From Alphaproteobacteria bacterium (GTDB taxonomy: Bacteria; Pseudomonadota; Alphaproteobacteria; SHVV01), in contig OZ253470.1 of NCBI GenBank assembly GCA_965261735.1, positions 1,888,001 through 1,952,000 on the forward strand: 64,000 bases of DNA, given 5' to 3'. Positions 10,801 through 20,200 of the stretch are shown in pieces. Position 1 is the first letter of the stretch. Each line of letters starts with the position of its first letter. The notes beneath the pieces were generated by a model. It was not told the DNA's origin. It saw only the letters and a program-made list of their open reading frames with translations, and made no database searches. A program made the position numbers and the translations under genes.

Positions 10801-12292
10801 GAAGCCACAACCGCAAGGTTGCGCCTTCGTCTCGTAAGGTTCGTTCCAGAACCAAAATTGGTCGTTCTATAGTAGCAAAGGCGCGCCCATACTGGGGACC
10901 GTCCATTCCATGTGGCCGTACCTGGTTAGGAACCCCGTAGTTGATTCGGTAGCCAAGAGCGAAGGTCAGACCGCTGCCAACATCAAAATCGGCGGATACA
11001 CATACCCGGATATCTGCGAACCTTGGCAAGACCGCGGATGTGCCCGCCCGATCCGGGATGTTCGCCTCCATTTGGTCGTGCAAAGTGGCTGCGCGGGCAC
11101 TGAGAACTGTCCGTTTGGCCCGAAGCATCTGGTGGATTTCAAAGGCAGGACTGCCCGCCGGCAGCGCTGCAACCGCCGCGATATCAAGAACACGTGCTTC
11201 CCGAAGCTTGCCGCATGCACCCTCTGTTAGCCCAGCCACTCGACTGAGGTGTTGAGTTTGCTCTGCCATCGGCCAGCAGTACCGCTCGTCAGGACGACGG
11301 TCATCATCAGGACGGCCCTCGGCACCTTCGTCGTCGTGACGAGACCAGCGATATCCAAGGTAGTCGCAGCCAGCACACCGATTGTCTATGTGCCAATCAA
11401 GTTCACGCCAATTCGGTTCGGCCAAGACCTCACGGAGATCGACTCGCAGGAAGCGCTGGATTCGACCGAGTACTACTTCGGGAGGCATGGCTTCAAGATC
11501 CGCCTCAAGGCCCTCTCGATACCGTTCAGGGTCGAGAACCGGGACGCCAGCGGCACGATCGTCCAGGAGAAGCCGACGGATAGTAGAGCCCTCGTGTGCA
11601 CCAGGCCATATTGCCGCTTCAGCAAGCACAACGAAACGATCGCTCCGTCCGGTATCCCCAAGCCATCCAGCTAAAGCCATACCGTAATACGCCAGCTCCG
11701 AAAAATGCGAAGGGGATGGTTCTCCCGCAATCTTGATGTCGATGATGCGAAGACCCAACCGTTCATCCTGAGGATCGATACGGATCAAGGAGCCAGACTG
11801 ACTAATGATCCGACGCCCCTCCCGTAGCACGGGAGGCTGCACCTGGAGAATGTCTGGACGGAGTGCCCCGAACCCTAGAGGCTCGCCCCCCGCCACTGCT
11901 GTTCCGTCCGCAAGATCCGCCAAACCGTGGGCAGCACGGAAGCTATCGGTCGTCTCGAACTGTGCCTCAAGTGCGAGTTGGTGCGGCTCCAAGCCATCAA
12001 TTATCGAATTAAGTTCGATGATCTCAAAAGCACGATCCTCTTCGGCCTCATATGCCCGAAGCGCACCACGAACCACCAAGCCCCCAAATACATCTTCCAG
12101 CTCGCGGAACTTCGTTCGTTCGTACTCCTTGCCCTGCTGTGTCAATAGGGCAAGTCCGGGTCGGCCAGCATCCTTTTCGGGAACACCAGCCAATCGTCGC
12201 TCCTGGACACCACTGTAGAGATCTAGCCGCAGTCGGCGACGGCAACCCGTACGAATGTACTGCGAAATGAGGCTCTTACCCAAGCGATACAA
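7871..12292 (-). CDS. Fe-S PD-(D/E)xK nuclease fused to SF1 (Dna2/Upf1-like) helicase, 1473 aa
   Basis: RPDIL...IDIK...ELAYY nuclease motifs; Cys in RTGC, CAGC and YCWP; HhH-like VAGLT; helicase motifs GPPGTGKS, IDEASQ, GDDKQM, NRSFRS, TVERFQGQE, RFNVTASRA; AAGGAGG RBS before a TTG start. Confidence 0.9.
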   Translation of the reverse strand: MYRLGKSLISQYIRTGCRRRLRLDLYSGVQERRLAGVPEKDAGRPGLALLTQQGKEYERTKFRELEDVFGGLVVRGALRAYEAEEDRAFEIIELNSIIDGLEPHQLALEAQFETTDSFRAAHGLADLADGTAVAGGEPLGFGALRPDILQVQPPVLREGRRIISQSGSLIRIDPQDERLGLRIIDIKIAGEPSPSHFSELAYYGMALAGWLGDTGRSDRFVVLAEAAIWPGAHEGSTIRRLLLDDRAAGVPVLDPERYREGLEADLEAMPPEVVLGRIQRFLRVDLREVLAEPNWRELDWHIDNRCAGCDYLGYRWSRHDDEGAEGRPDDDRRPDERYCWPMAEQTQHLSRVAGLTEGACGKLREARVLDIAAVAALPAGSPAFEIHQMLRAKRTVLSARAATLHDQMEANIPDRAGTSAVLPRFADIRVCVSADFDVGSGLTFALGYRINYGVPNQVRPHGMDGPQYGRAFATIERPILVLERTLRDEGATLRLWLRHLVEDIHRVRTDILEGYHNQGDADKADVTVQFFLWDQLTYHHLCRIFGRHLDIVQDPVLVGQADLNPIAWVFPADSLLEEPDFVSRSSPITIVSDAVNSLMAVPIPHHYGLIDLANELEPESRNLPNGERWWFHVNKFYRDPLSDQVPSERGHEIWNRTSPFLNQDFQWHQEEMRKVVRRKLHAITYVAEKLIGFLQDDLRSQAPRVGDVFQPAGRVTGVGDDGQILYQHTRLMAAAQRLQVDLLMAMPPHEREARYHSARVEAVLVGAERRDGLQAVGLAGRAADDTVYLFRLSARSREARLKEGEFTWSFLPEADLPELQDLTVAQFKTTNPAIQDALPINPWEWRTKLREDLKVNILRVDRRNQLLAVEVSELLAETLRLGLLQMNLDGPRGRFGILDLVAMDVFTQKLRRTLEDRSGIRNPPLAQQRPLFPTQHVARVRGGRPRVGDADSTAAEFIWNADQLARTESAAAPGPVLAIAQRSMPDLTERQSAAITRAVTRRLALWWGPPGTGKSRTAQAYLTAIAVEAVREGRPLRIAISGFTWVAIDNVARRLPELLVNAAVAEDVRLSRLNSRATTRGVDPQLADFVVPMDDANPRRVELERRLSEEDGVTIVASTVDQLYKLGAPAQCVSLFDIILIDEASQLDVAHAVVAFSKLAEGARVVVVGDDKQMAPIHPLEAPDGLEHLVGSIYDFFRHYRKHEGPQFEIEPVMLNRSFRSNCEIVEFVREAGYGEDLEAAEGNADLRIDTVREIETIQPIDWPEQLPFSPHLARITAPEYPLVAVVHSDRFSSQRNDGEADLAAGLILALFRAGLCDLEAEEGQPYSAEDFFRRGVGVVTPHRAQQAAVFDRLAAVLPDQVDRNAVFDSIDTVERFQGQEKAVMLASFGLGDADQIAAEETFMYSLNRFNVTASRAQAKFIALISRSLVDYLPRDRRTLEESRLLKHFVDGFLTRSEQISLPVFGTCELKFR

Positions 12293-12852
12293 CCGAAACC
12301 TCCTTAGTTTGCACCCGCGTCCATTGAGGTACAGCGCAACGATGGCCGCGCATCATTTTTGGGGCACGGATGCCCGCGCCGCTAGCACCAACACGGCCGA
12401 AAAGCGACTGGTTGGCAACCGCTGAGAATCAAGCGCAGCCGCGAAGGGCTTTTCATTTCGGTGCAAATGACATTAGCTTCGAAACATATACGACCGCACT
12501 TGATGGGAAGGATTCCGCAACTCGGCAAATATCGTATTCTCTCCCAACACTTAGCTAAGTCCGAAATGCCTCGCCTTTATGTGCTCTACTAATCGAAATT
12601 TCAATCATCCTGTCGATCACACTGTCAATCGGCTCGGAGTTTTCCATTTCATTACCAACCTCTCCTGGTCCATCCCATAATCTGCGACGATGTACTTGAG
12701 CTGATCTAGCCTCAACGGCGCCGGTTGGCCGCGAAGGGCCTCCTCCCCCCGTTGGGCAACAGCGAGGGGATCTAAGACCGTCGGAGGTAGACGGTTAGCC
12801 GGTCCGCGGACGCCGCTACCATTTTTCCCTTACGTGATGTCGCCTTAGCTTA

Positions 12853-13821
12853 GAGTCCGTCCGGGGACTTTATGTAGGATTACAGAGTTTTCGGAGCATG
12901 AGTCGAATGGACGCGAGCTTGATGAAGGCGAGCGCGTTGCGGTTGAGGTTCTCCCAGTCCTTGGCCAGTCGGCGGCAGCGGTTGAGCCAGGCGATGGTGC
13001 GTTCGACCACCCAACGCCTGGGCTGGACGACGAAGCCCTTCACCCGATCGGATCGCTTGACGATCTCGGTCTCGAGATCGGGCAGGATGCCGGCCAGGGC
13101 GCGGTGAAAGACCGGGCCCTGATAGGCGCTGTCGGCGAACAATTTCCCGAGAAAGGGAAACAGACCGAACAAGGTCGCCAGCAGCGCGAGACCGCCGTCG
13201 CGATCCTGAACGTCGGCGGCGGTGACGATGCCGTGCAGCAGCAAGCCTTGCGTATCGACCAGAACATGCCGCTTCTTGCCCTTGATCAGCTTGCCGGCAT
13301 CGAAGCCGTGGCTGTCGATGCGAGCCCCCCTTTTTCAGCGCATTTCACACTCTGACTGTCGATGATGCAGGCCGTGGGGCTGGCTTCGCGCGCGGCTTTC
13401 TCGCGGCACTTGAGGTAGAGCGCATGATGGATGCGATCCAGCGTGCCGTCCCAGTTCCACAGGCCGAGGTAATCATGCACGGTGCTTCTGGGCGGCAAAT
13501 CCTTGGGCAGCGCGCGCCACTGGCAGCCGGTGCTCAGAATGTACATCACGCCGTTGATCACCTCGCGGATAGCGACGCGCCGTTTGCCGTCGCCGGGCTT
13601 GCCCGGCGGGATCAGCGGCTCGATATGCGCCCATTCCGCATCGGTCAGGTCGCTCGGATAACGCAGTTTGTCGCGGTTGTAGCGCGGGCGGTTGTCGGCA
13701 GTCCACATGGGGCACCTCAAGAGCAAATTCACCACCCCAGAGAATCACAGCTGATTCAGCTCTTCAAGAGGGGCCGCCGGATAACCGATTCATCCGACTC
13801 ATAAAGTCCCCGGACGGACAC
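12853..13821 (-). mobile_element. IS5-family element (IS1031-like), 969 bp
   Basis: 22-bp terminal IRs G(A/T)GTCCGTCCGGGGACTTTATG with one mismatch; TTA duplicated on both flanks (12850-12852, 13822-13824). Confidence 0.92.
12870..13708 (-). CDS. IS5-family transposase in two frames joined by a probable programmed frameshift
   Basis: YPSDLTDAEW, TGCQWR.LP, IIDSQSVK, then ADSAY and RRWVVERTIAWL; slippery AAAAAGGGGGG at ~13325-13335. Confidence 0.88.
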
Positions 13822-14187
13822 TTAGCAGGACGTTTCTTCGCCTCTAGATCCAAGGCGCTCCGCAGTTCTCATTGAATTGAGGGTTTCGATCAGCTTCGTC
13901 ACTTATTGCTTCTTGTGTGAGCTCTTCCAATTTCTCTGCCAAATGTTGATACCCCCATTTCTGTTTTTGAACTGAGCCGCGTTCCGCGGCGGGGTGTCTT
14001 GCCCGCCGGGTGTTCGCAGTGATCTCCCTACACCAAGCTAGTTGAAGCGGACCTTGCGGCTCGGCTTGCCGGGGCAAGTCCTGATCCGCGTTTCTCCCTC
14101 ATTGATAAATGGTCGTCGACTGCCTCACCGGCGAGCGAGAGCATAGGCGTGTTTTCGTGACCGCTCAGACCCAGAGGGAGAAGACCC

Positions 14188-15045
14188 ATGACACAGCTGC
14201 GCCAACGCATGACCGACGACATGACCGTTCGCGGACTCGCCGAGAACACCAAGAAGTCGTACCTCAACTCGGTTGCCGGGCTCGCACGTCACTATCGTCG
14301 CAGACCCGACCGGATCTCCGCTCCGGAAGTCCAGGACTACCTCCTCCATTTGCACGAACAGAAGGGGTTGACCTGGCAGAGCTGCAACTGCGTTCGCCAC
14401 GGCGTCCGCTTCCTGTACCGCATCACGCTCGGTTTGCCCGACCCGCACTTCTATCTGCCGGGTGCCAAGACGCCGTCCACCCTGCCCCGGATCCTCAACC
14501 GCGACGAGCTCGTGCGGCTGTTTACCGTGACCACCAACCGCAAGCATCGCGCCTTGCTGATGACGGCCTACGCCGCAGGGCTTCGGGCGAGCGAGCTGGG
14601 GCGGCTACAGCTCAGCGATATCGACTCCGAACGCATGTGTCTGCGCGTCGATCAAGGCAAGGGCAATAAGGACCGCTACGTCCCCCTCTCGCCCCGGCTG
14701 CTCGATGAACTTCGCGCGTACTGGCGCCGGCATCGTCCCCGGCACTGGTTGTTCCCCAGTGATCTCCGCAGCCGGCCGATGATGACGCGCGCGGGACCTG
14801 CGCACATTTACAAGGCAGCCAAGGACAAGGCCAGGATCGACAAGCCCGGCGGGATCCACACGCTGCGGCATTGCTACGCCACCGGGCTCCTCGAGGCCGG
14901 GGTCGAGCTACACGTCATTCAGCGCCGGCTCGGGCACAGCTCCATCCGCTCGACCATGCGCTATCTGCATTTGGCCCACGACAAGACTTCCGCCACCCCG
15001 TCTCCCCTGGACCTCTTAGAGTTCCCGCGGTCCGGCCAGTCCTGA
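14188..15045 (+). CDS. Tyrosine recombinase (XerD-like) associated with IS91-type transposase
   Basis: AGLRASE, GKGNKDRYV, HTLRHCYAT, LGHSSI.STMRY; GAGGGAG RBS. Confidence 0.92.
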   Translation: MTQLRQRMTDDMTVRGLAENTKKSYLNSVAGLARHYRRRPDRISAPEVQDYLLHLHEQKGLTWQSCNCVRHGVRFLYRITLGLPDPHFYLPGAKTPSTLPRILNRDELVRLFTVTTNRKHRALLMTAYAAGLRASELGRLQLSDIDSERMCLRVDQGKGNKDRYVPLSPRLLDELRAYWRRHRPRHWLFPSDLRSRPMMTRAGPAHIYKAAKDKARIDKPGGIHTLRHCYATGLLEAGVELHVIQRRLGHSSIRSTMRYLHLAHDKTSATPSPLDLLEFPRSGQS

Positions 15046-15048
15046 CCG

Positions 15049-16206
15049 GTGGCTCATGTCAGTCACGCAGCGCCGGCCACCCGGCCGGCGCTGGAGGTCG
15101 CGGACATCCTGCGCGAGCGTGGCGATGCTTATCGTGAGACGCATCGGCTCTCGGCCCAGCAACACAAGGTCGTGGACGCGCTGGTGAACTGTCGCACCGC
15201 CGCGCTCGGCGGGTTCAAGGCGCATTGCGACCAATGCGGGGCGGTGACGATCCAATACGCGTCGTGCAGGAACCGTCACTGCCCCAAGTGTCAGACCCTC
15301 TCGCAAACCCGATGGGTCGAGCGTCAGTGCGCCGATCTGTTCGACATCGACTACTGGCATGTGGTCTTCACCTTGCCCCACGACCTCAACCCCGTGGCTC
15401 AGGGCAATCCCGCGCTCATCTACAAGCTGCTCTTCAAGGCCGCATCCCAGACCCTGCTAGAGTTCGGCCGCAATCCCCGCTGGCTCGGCGGCGAGCTCGG
15501 CATCACCATGGTGCTGCACACCTGGGGCCAGAATCTGGGACAGCACATCCACGTCCACTGCATCGTCACCGGCGGAGCCTTGAGCCCGGACCAGCAAAGC
15601 TGGATCGCCCCCGCGCGCAAGGGATTCCTGTTCCCAACGGCCGCTCTCTCCAAGGTCTTCCGCGGGAAGTATCTCGACTTCCTCACCGACGCCCATCGCA
15701 AGGGCGAGCTGCGCATGCCCGGCCGCGATGGTCTCGACGGCAGCCGCGCCTTCGAATGTTTGAAGACCTCGCTTCGATCGAACAACTGGGTGGTCTATAC
15801 CAAGGCCCCGTTCGCCGGCGCCGGCCAGGTGCTGGCCTATCTCGGGCGCTACACCCACAAGACCGCCATCGGCAACCACCGTCTCGTCGAGTTCGACGGG
15901 GAGCACGTCCGCTTCCGGTGGCGCGACTACGCCGACGGCAACAAGGCCAAGGTGATGCGTCTCGACGCCGACGAGTTCATCCGCCGCTTCCTCCTGCATG
16001 TGCTGCCGCGCGGCTTCACCCGGCTGCGCCACTACGGATTGCTCGCCAATCGTTCCAGAACCGGCAAGCTCGCCCTGTGCCGAGCCATGCTTGGTCAGCC
16101 AGACCCGGAACCGCTCGAGCCGGAGACGACGCAGGAGATGATGCTGCGTCTGACGGGAATCGACATCACCGTGTGCCGGCAGTGCAGGAAGGGAACGCTG
16201 CGGTAG
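15049..16206 (+). CDS. IS91-family (Y2) rolling-circle transposase, probably truncated by a late nonsense codon
   Basis: SCRNRHCPKCQ Zn domain, HVVFTLP, HUH HIHVH, YLGRYTH, RHYGLL; frame continues past TAG to ...TGPP* at 16269. Confidence 0.88.
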   Translation: MAHVSHAAPATRPALEVADILRERGDAYRETHRLSAQQHKVVDALVNCRTAALGGFKAHCDQCGAVTIQYASCRNRHCPKCQTLSQTRWVERQCADLFDIDYWHVVFTLPHDLNPVAQGNPALIYKLLFKAASQTLLEFGRNPRWLGGELGITMVLHTWGQNLGQHIHVHCIVTGGALSPDQQSWIAPARKGFLFPTAALSKVFRGKYLDFLTDAHRKGELRMPGRDGLDGSRAFECLKTSLRSNNWVVYTKAPFAGAGQVLAYLGRYTHKTAIGNHRLVEFDGEHVRFRWRDYADGNKAKVMRLDADEFIRRFLLHVLPRGFTRLRHYGLLANRSRTGKLALCRAMLGQPDPEPLEPETTQEMMLRLTGIDITVCRQCRKGTLR

Positions 16207-16487
16207 ATCCTCATTCTCGATCGGCGACTTCAAACGTCGATGCGGGCAACGAAGACCGGACCTCCGTGACGATGCGCCAGAGCCGACCAAGACCCGATAT
16301 CAACGCGCCGATCAACGCGCCACGGCCGCCCTTGTGCTGCTCTCATCCCGAGCGCCGGAGAAACATCGCCGGGTGCCGCTGCTCAGGCTCGGAAATCTCT
16401 TCCGAGCCCACTTTCGCAGTGGCCTCGCCTCAGCTGTGGGCAATCAACCCGACCGCTTTGATCTAATCGACACCCACCAAGCGGTTA

Positions 16488-16533
16488 CTTTCCCCATAGC
16501 GCGGCACCGTCAGTGCCGCGCGGCTCAGCTCAA
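16488..16533 (+). other. Putative oriIS end of the IS91-type element
   Basis: TTTCCCCATAG followed by hairpin GCGCGGCAC-N5-GTGCCGCGC (16499-16521) and GGCTCAGCTCAA, downstream of the transposase. Confidence 0.5.
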
Positions 16534-16844
16534 TGCTCTTATCGGTCCTGCTGCGCACGACCGATAAGAGCCTATTCATAAAGTCATCTTGCCCCTGTGC
16601 TCCGCTACTGCTGCGAACTGATTTGCCCATTGTGCCTGCTTGATTTCCGCCACCAATGCGACGTGACATTCAGGATCGCCGACATCGCACCGAAAGCGCC
16701 CGGTTTCAACTTCCCGAACCTCGCCGTCCTCACTTGTCTCCGATCCGCGTCCGCTCCCGGTTCACTACCCGTTGCCCTCATTCACGGCATTCCTGAGCGC
16801 CTTGCCCGGCTTGAACGCCGTCACCCGTCACCCCGGTCCTTGGC

Positions 16845-17093
16845 ATGTCGTCGAAGTGCGGCGTGGATGCGCTCTTGGGGTGCGAGACGCTGCCGGGCCT
16901 CGCGCTCGACGATCCCACGCCGCAGGCCGGGCGTCTCAGCGCGGAAGCGGCCTACGGCTTCCCGGTGTTCGGCGGGCGCTTCACCGGGACGGCGTATCTC
17001 GACATCGCGCTCGGAGTGGAGGGCACGCGCCGTGTGAGTTGGGATGGGTCGCCCGAGCACGGGACCATGCTGCGCCTGATGTTGCGCTGGTAG
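16845..17093 (+). pseudogene. Remnant of an autotransporter-like beta-barrel C-terminus
   Basis: GRLSAEAAYGFPVFGGRFTGT...LGVEGTRR...PEHGTMLRLMLRW*, ending in a terminal aromatic residue; no N-terminal part. Confidence 0.5.
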
Positions 17094-17237
17094 CGGGCCG
17101 GAACCGGTTGAGGCGCCGGAAGCCTCGGGGTCCCCTCAAGTAACTACTCTCTACTCTACTGAATTTCTCGTTTCCGTGGATGGCTATCGGGCATTTGGTC
17201 TTGGGTAACCAAGCGCCACAAGGCGAGCGCGACGCTG

Positions 17238-20200
17238 CTATATGCCCATGCTTCGTCCCCGGGATCTTTTGTAGGTCTGGCGTTCTTCTTCCTCGACCGT
17301 TTCGCGCTTTTGAGAGTGGCGCTCAACATAGTCGTCGAATTCCTTTTGCGCCGCCTTGCGTTCTGCCCCCGTCGCGTTGTACGCGGCTGATTGAAGCCGG
17401 CTGAACTCGCGGGCCTCCCTTTGCGCCCGGTGCTGGCGTTCCTCGTGCGTCTCCTGAGGTGCGGATTGTTCGCTTTGGCGCTCCCGTTCAGCGGCCTGCG
17501 ATATCTGCTTGTCGTCCCTGCCGATCAGCCTGCCGATATCGGTGAGCGCCCAGCGCACGTGCTCCAGGCCGAGCGAGATGCCGTTGAGGTGGGGGGCATA
17601 GGTATCTTGGTCGTCTATGATACGCCGACCGGTCTCGGCCAGCCTGTCGATGTCCGCCCGCCACCTGTCATAGCCAGTGAGACCGGTAACCGGTTTGTTT
17701 AAATCGATCGCGACGGTTTCCAGCACCTCGCTGCGATATTCCAGCCGGTCCTTGACTGCAGCGAGATAATCCTCGATTTCACGGCGGGTTTCGGTCCCTT
17801 CGTCGAGGTGGGCGAGCACGTTCCCGAGCGACCGGCGTGGGCGGTCTTCAAGGGCCGGGTTTTCGGCCAACGCTTCCATGCGGGCGCGGAACTGCTTGTA
17901 GCCGTCCACATATATGGCATGGACACCGGCCCGTTCCGCGGCCGCGAGGTGACGACTCCAGTCCTTTCTCAAGGCCGAATAGGTGTCCCAGGCGACCTGT
18001 TTTTCCGTTGGTACGGTCGGTTTATCCACTGGCGGCGCCGGCGCCACTGCTGGAGGACCTCCGGCCAAGTCCCGTTCGGTTGGCATGGCAACCGTTTCAA
18101 TCGGGGGTGTGGCCTGCGCCGGGGTATGCGGTCTGCCATCGCCCGGCCTAGCCGGTCGACTGCGCCCGGGGGGCACGCCACCCGCTGTCTCGGCGGCTCC
18201 GCCCCCGAGCGGCTGCACGCCCTGGCGCATCTCCGGCTCGAGCCCCTGTTGATCCGCCTCCCGCTTGATCCGATGCACGTAGCGCATCGTGGCCGCGCGC
18301 CGGTGACGCCGCGCCCGTGTATGGAGATCCTCGAAGGCGTCAAGATCCTTGCGCCCGATACCGCAGCGCTCTGCCAGCAGGGAGGCGAAGTCGTCCGGCC
18401 GGGCGCGGAAGGCCGCGGCCTGTTTAAGCAGTGCCGAGTGACGGGTGAGCGTCTCCTGGTAAGCGGGCCCAAGCGCCACGGTATCGCCTTGCGTGCGGGT
18501 GCGCTCGCGCAGATCGTCGTATGCCGCCAGAATTTCCTCGCGGCCAGCGGCGAAGGTGGAGACTGCCTGGGCATGGCGCCAACCGAAGGCGGTGCGCCGG
18601 ATATCCCGCGCGATGCGGGACAGCGCGTTGTCGTTGGCTGCCGGACGAGCTTCCAGCGGCTCTTCCCGGGTTTCTCGGGTTTCTCGGATTGACCGGGAAT
18701 TGTCCTCCCGAACATGCTCCCGTCGGTCTTCCCATACGCCATCGGCCATGTAATCGAGCGCCGCTTCTTTGGGCTGCGACCGTGACCAGCGTTCGGCGAG
18801 ATACGACCGGATCTCGGTGTCCGTCACCACCGCTTTCCGGTCGTTGTCGGCCCTTCTATCGGCAATATCGAGAACGAGCGGCGCCCGGTTAACGTAAATG
18901 TCGAGCCCTTCGCGATGGCGTGTCGCCGCGGGATAGATGGTTTCACGCGCCGGCCGTGCATCGGCCAGCAGGAACGTCCGGTCCACGGTCAACCCCTGGG
19001 CCGATGTGATCGTGAGCGCATAGCCGTGATCGAGGCGGATATTGCCGTACCAGTCGCGGATTTCGTCGTGATGGAACGATACGGCTCGTCCGTCCTCGGT
19101 GCGCGCCGATATCAGGACACTTGGCTCCGTACCGGCCTCGCCTCTTTGAACCTTGAAGTCGTCGACCGTGACCACGGTGCCGTTGAACAGCTGCTTCTCC
19201 CAGTGGGTGGCGCCAATGCGCAGCCGGTCGCCGCGCACGATCTCCAGTGGCGAGGCTGTTCTCTCGTCTTCCGTGCCCCTGCTTACAATAATCGTCACTC
19301 GGTCCGCATGGACCCGATCCGGATCGGGCCGTTCCCCATTCGGCAGGGCGGTAAAACGACGTTCCCGCATCAGATGAGACAGTGCCCGCACTTCGGCCCG
19401 CGTGCGCGCCAGAACCACGCTGGATTTGTCGGGATGTTCGCGCTGGTAGCGATCCCAGTCATCGATCAGACCGGTCAACGTCTTTTCTTCATCGTACCCG
19501 ATATGGAACCGGCCCCTTGCGCGGTGGGCCGCTATGGCCGATGCCGCGTCGCCATCGCGAAGCGCTTCCGATGCCGCTACCTGCCACGGTGTGAATGCAG
19601 GCTTATCCTCCATCGCCTCGTATTCAGCAACAATTCGGGTGCGTTCCTGCTCCCCCATCATCCCCGTGCGGAACCGCGCAGCCTCCGGTGCCTCGCCATG
19701 GACATGAACCAGGATGTCTTCCAGGTCGGCCTTCTGGCGGCGGATTCGGTCAACCCGCACGCTGCCAACGGCGTCGCGCACCAACCTCAACCCCGGACCT
19801 GCTTCTACCGGCTGTTGCTGCTGCGTGTCGCCCGCGAATACGATCTTCGCTCCATGACGTTCTGAGAGTTGGAGAATATGATGCGCCTGGCGGGTCGACA
19901 GCATCCCCGCCTCGTCGACGATGATGGTGGTGTTTCCATCGATCTCGATCCCGCCCCGCGCGGCAAGGCGCAGCAGCTTGTCGACGCAGAACGGCCGCGC
20001 ATCGACATCGTTACCCAGCGCCACGGCGGTGCGCCAAGCCACAGCCGTGGCGATGATGTTCTTCCCGTGTTCACGGTAGAGATCGGCGATTGGCCGGAGC
20101 GTCGTGGTCTTGCCTGAGCCCGCCGCCCCTTCGATGATGGCTACACGTCCGCTCGAAGACGTTACGGCCCGAATCGCCTTGATCTGTTCTTGGCTCAACG

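Larger units (their letters stand above)
12555..13950 (-). pseudogene. Degraded small helical hypothetical gene split by the IS5 element
   Basis: Fragments ...ISDEADRNPQFN..LRSALDLEAKKRPAK (right of IS) and NRLPPTVLDPLAV..GEEALR..LDQLKYIVADYGMD..LVMKWKTP..IDRMIEISISRAHKGEAFRT* (left of IS) read as one protein with frameshifts; 5' limit approximate. Confidence 0.5.

Noticed and set aside
14029-14090. attC-like sequence before the recombinase (integron hypothesis)
   Set aside because: No RYYYAAC/GTTRRRY box pair, the recombinase lacks the IntI-specific insertion, and there is no cassette array.
17142-17160. Short CTACT microrepeat
   Set aside because: Too short to distinguish from chance.
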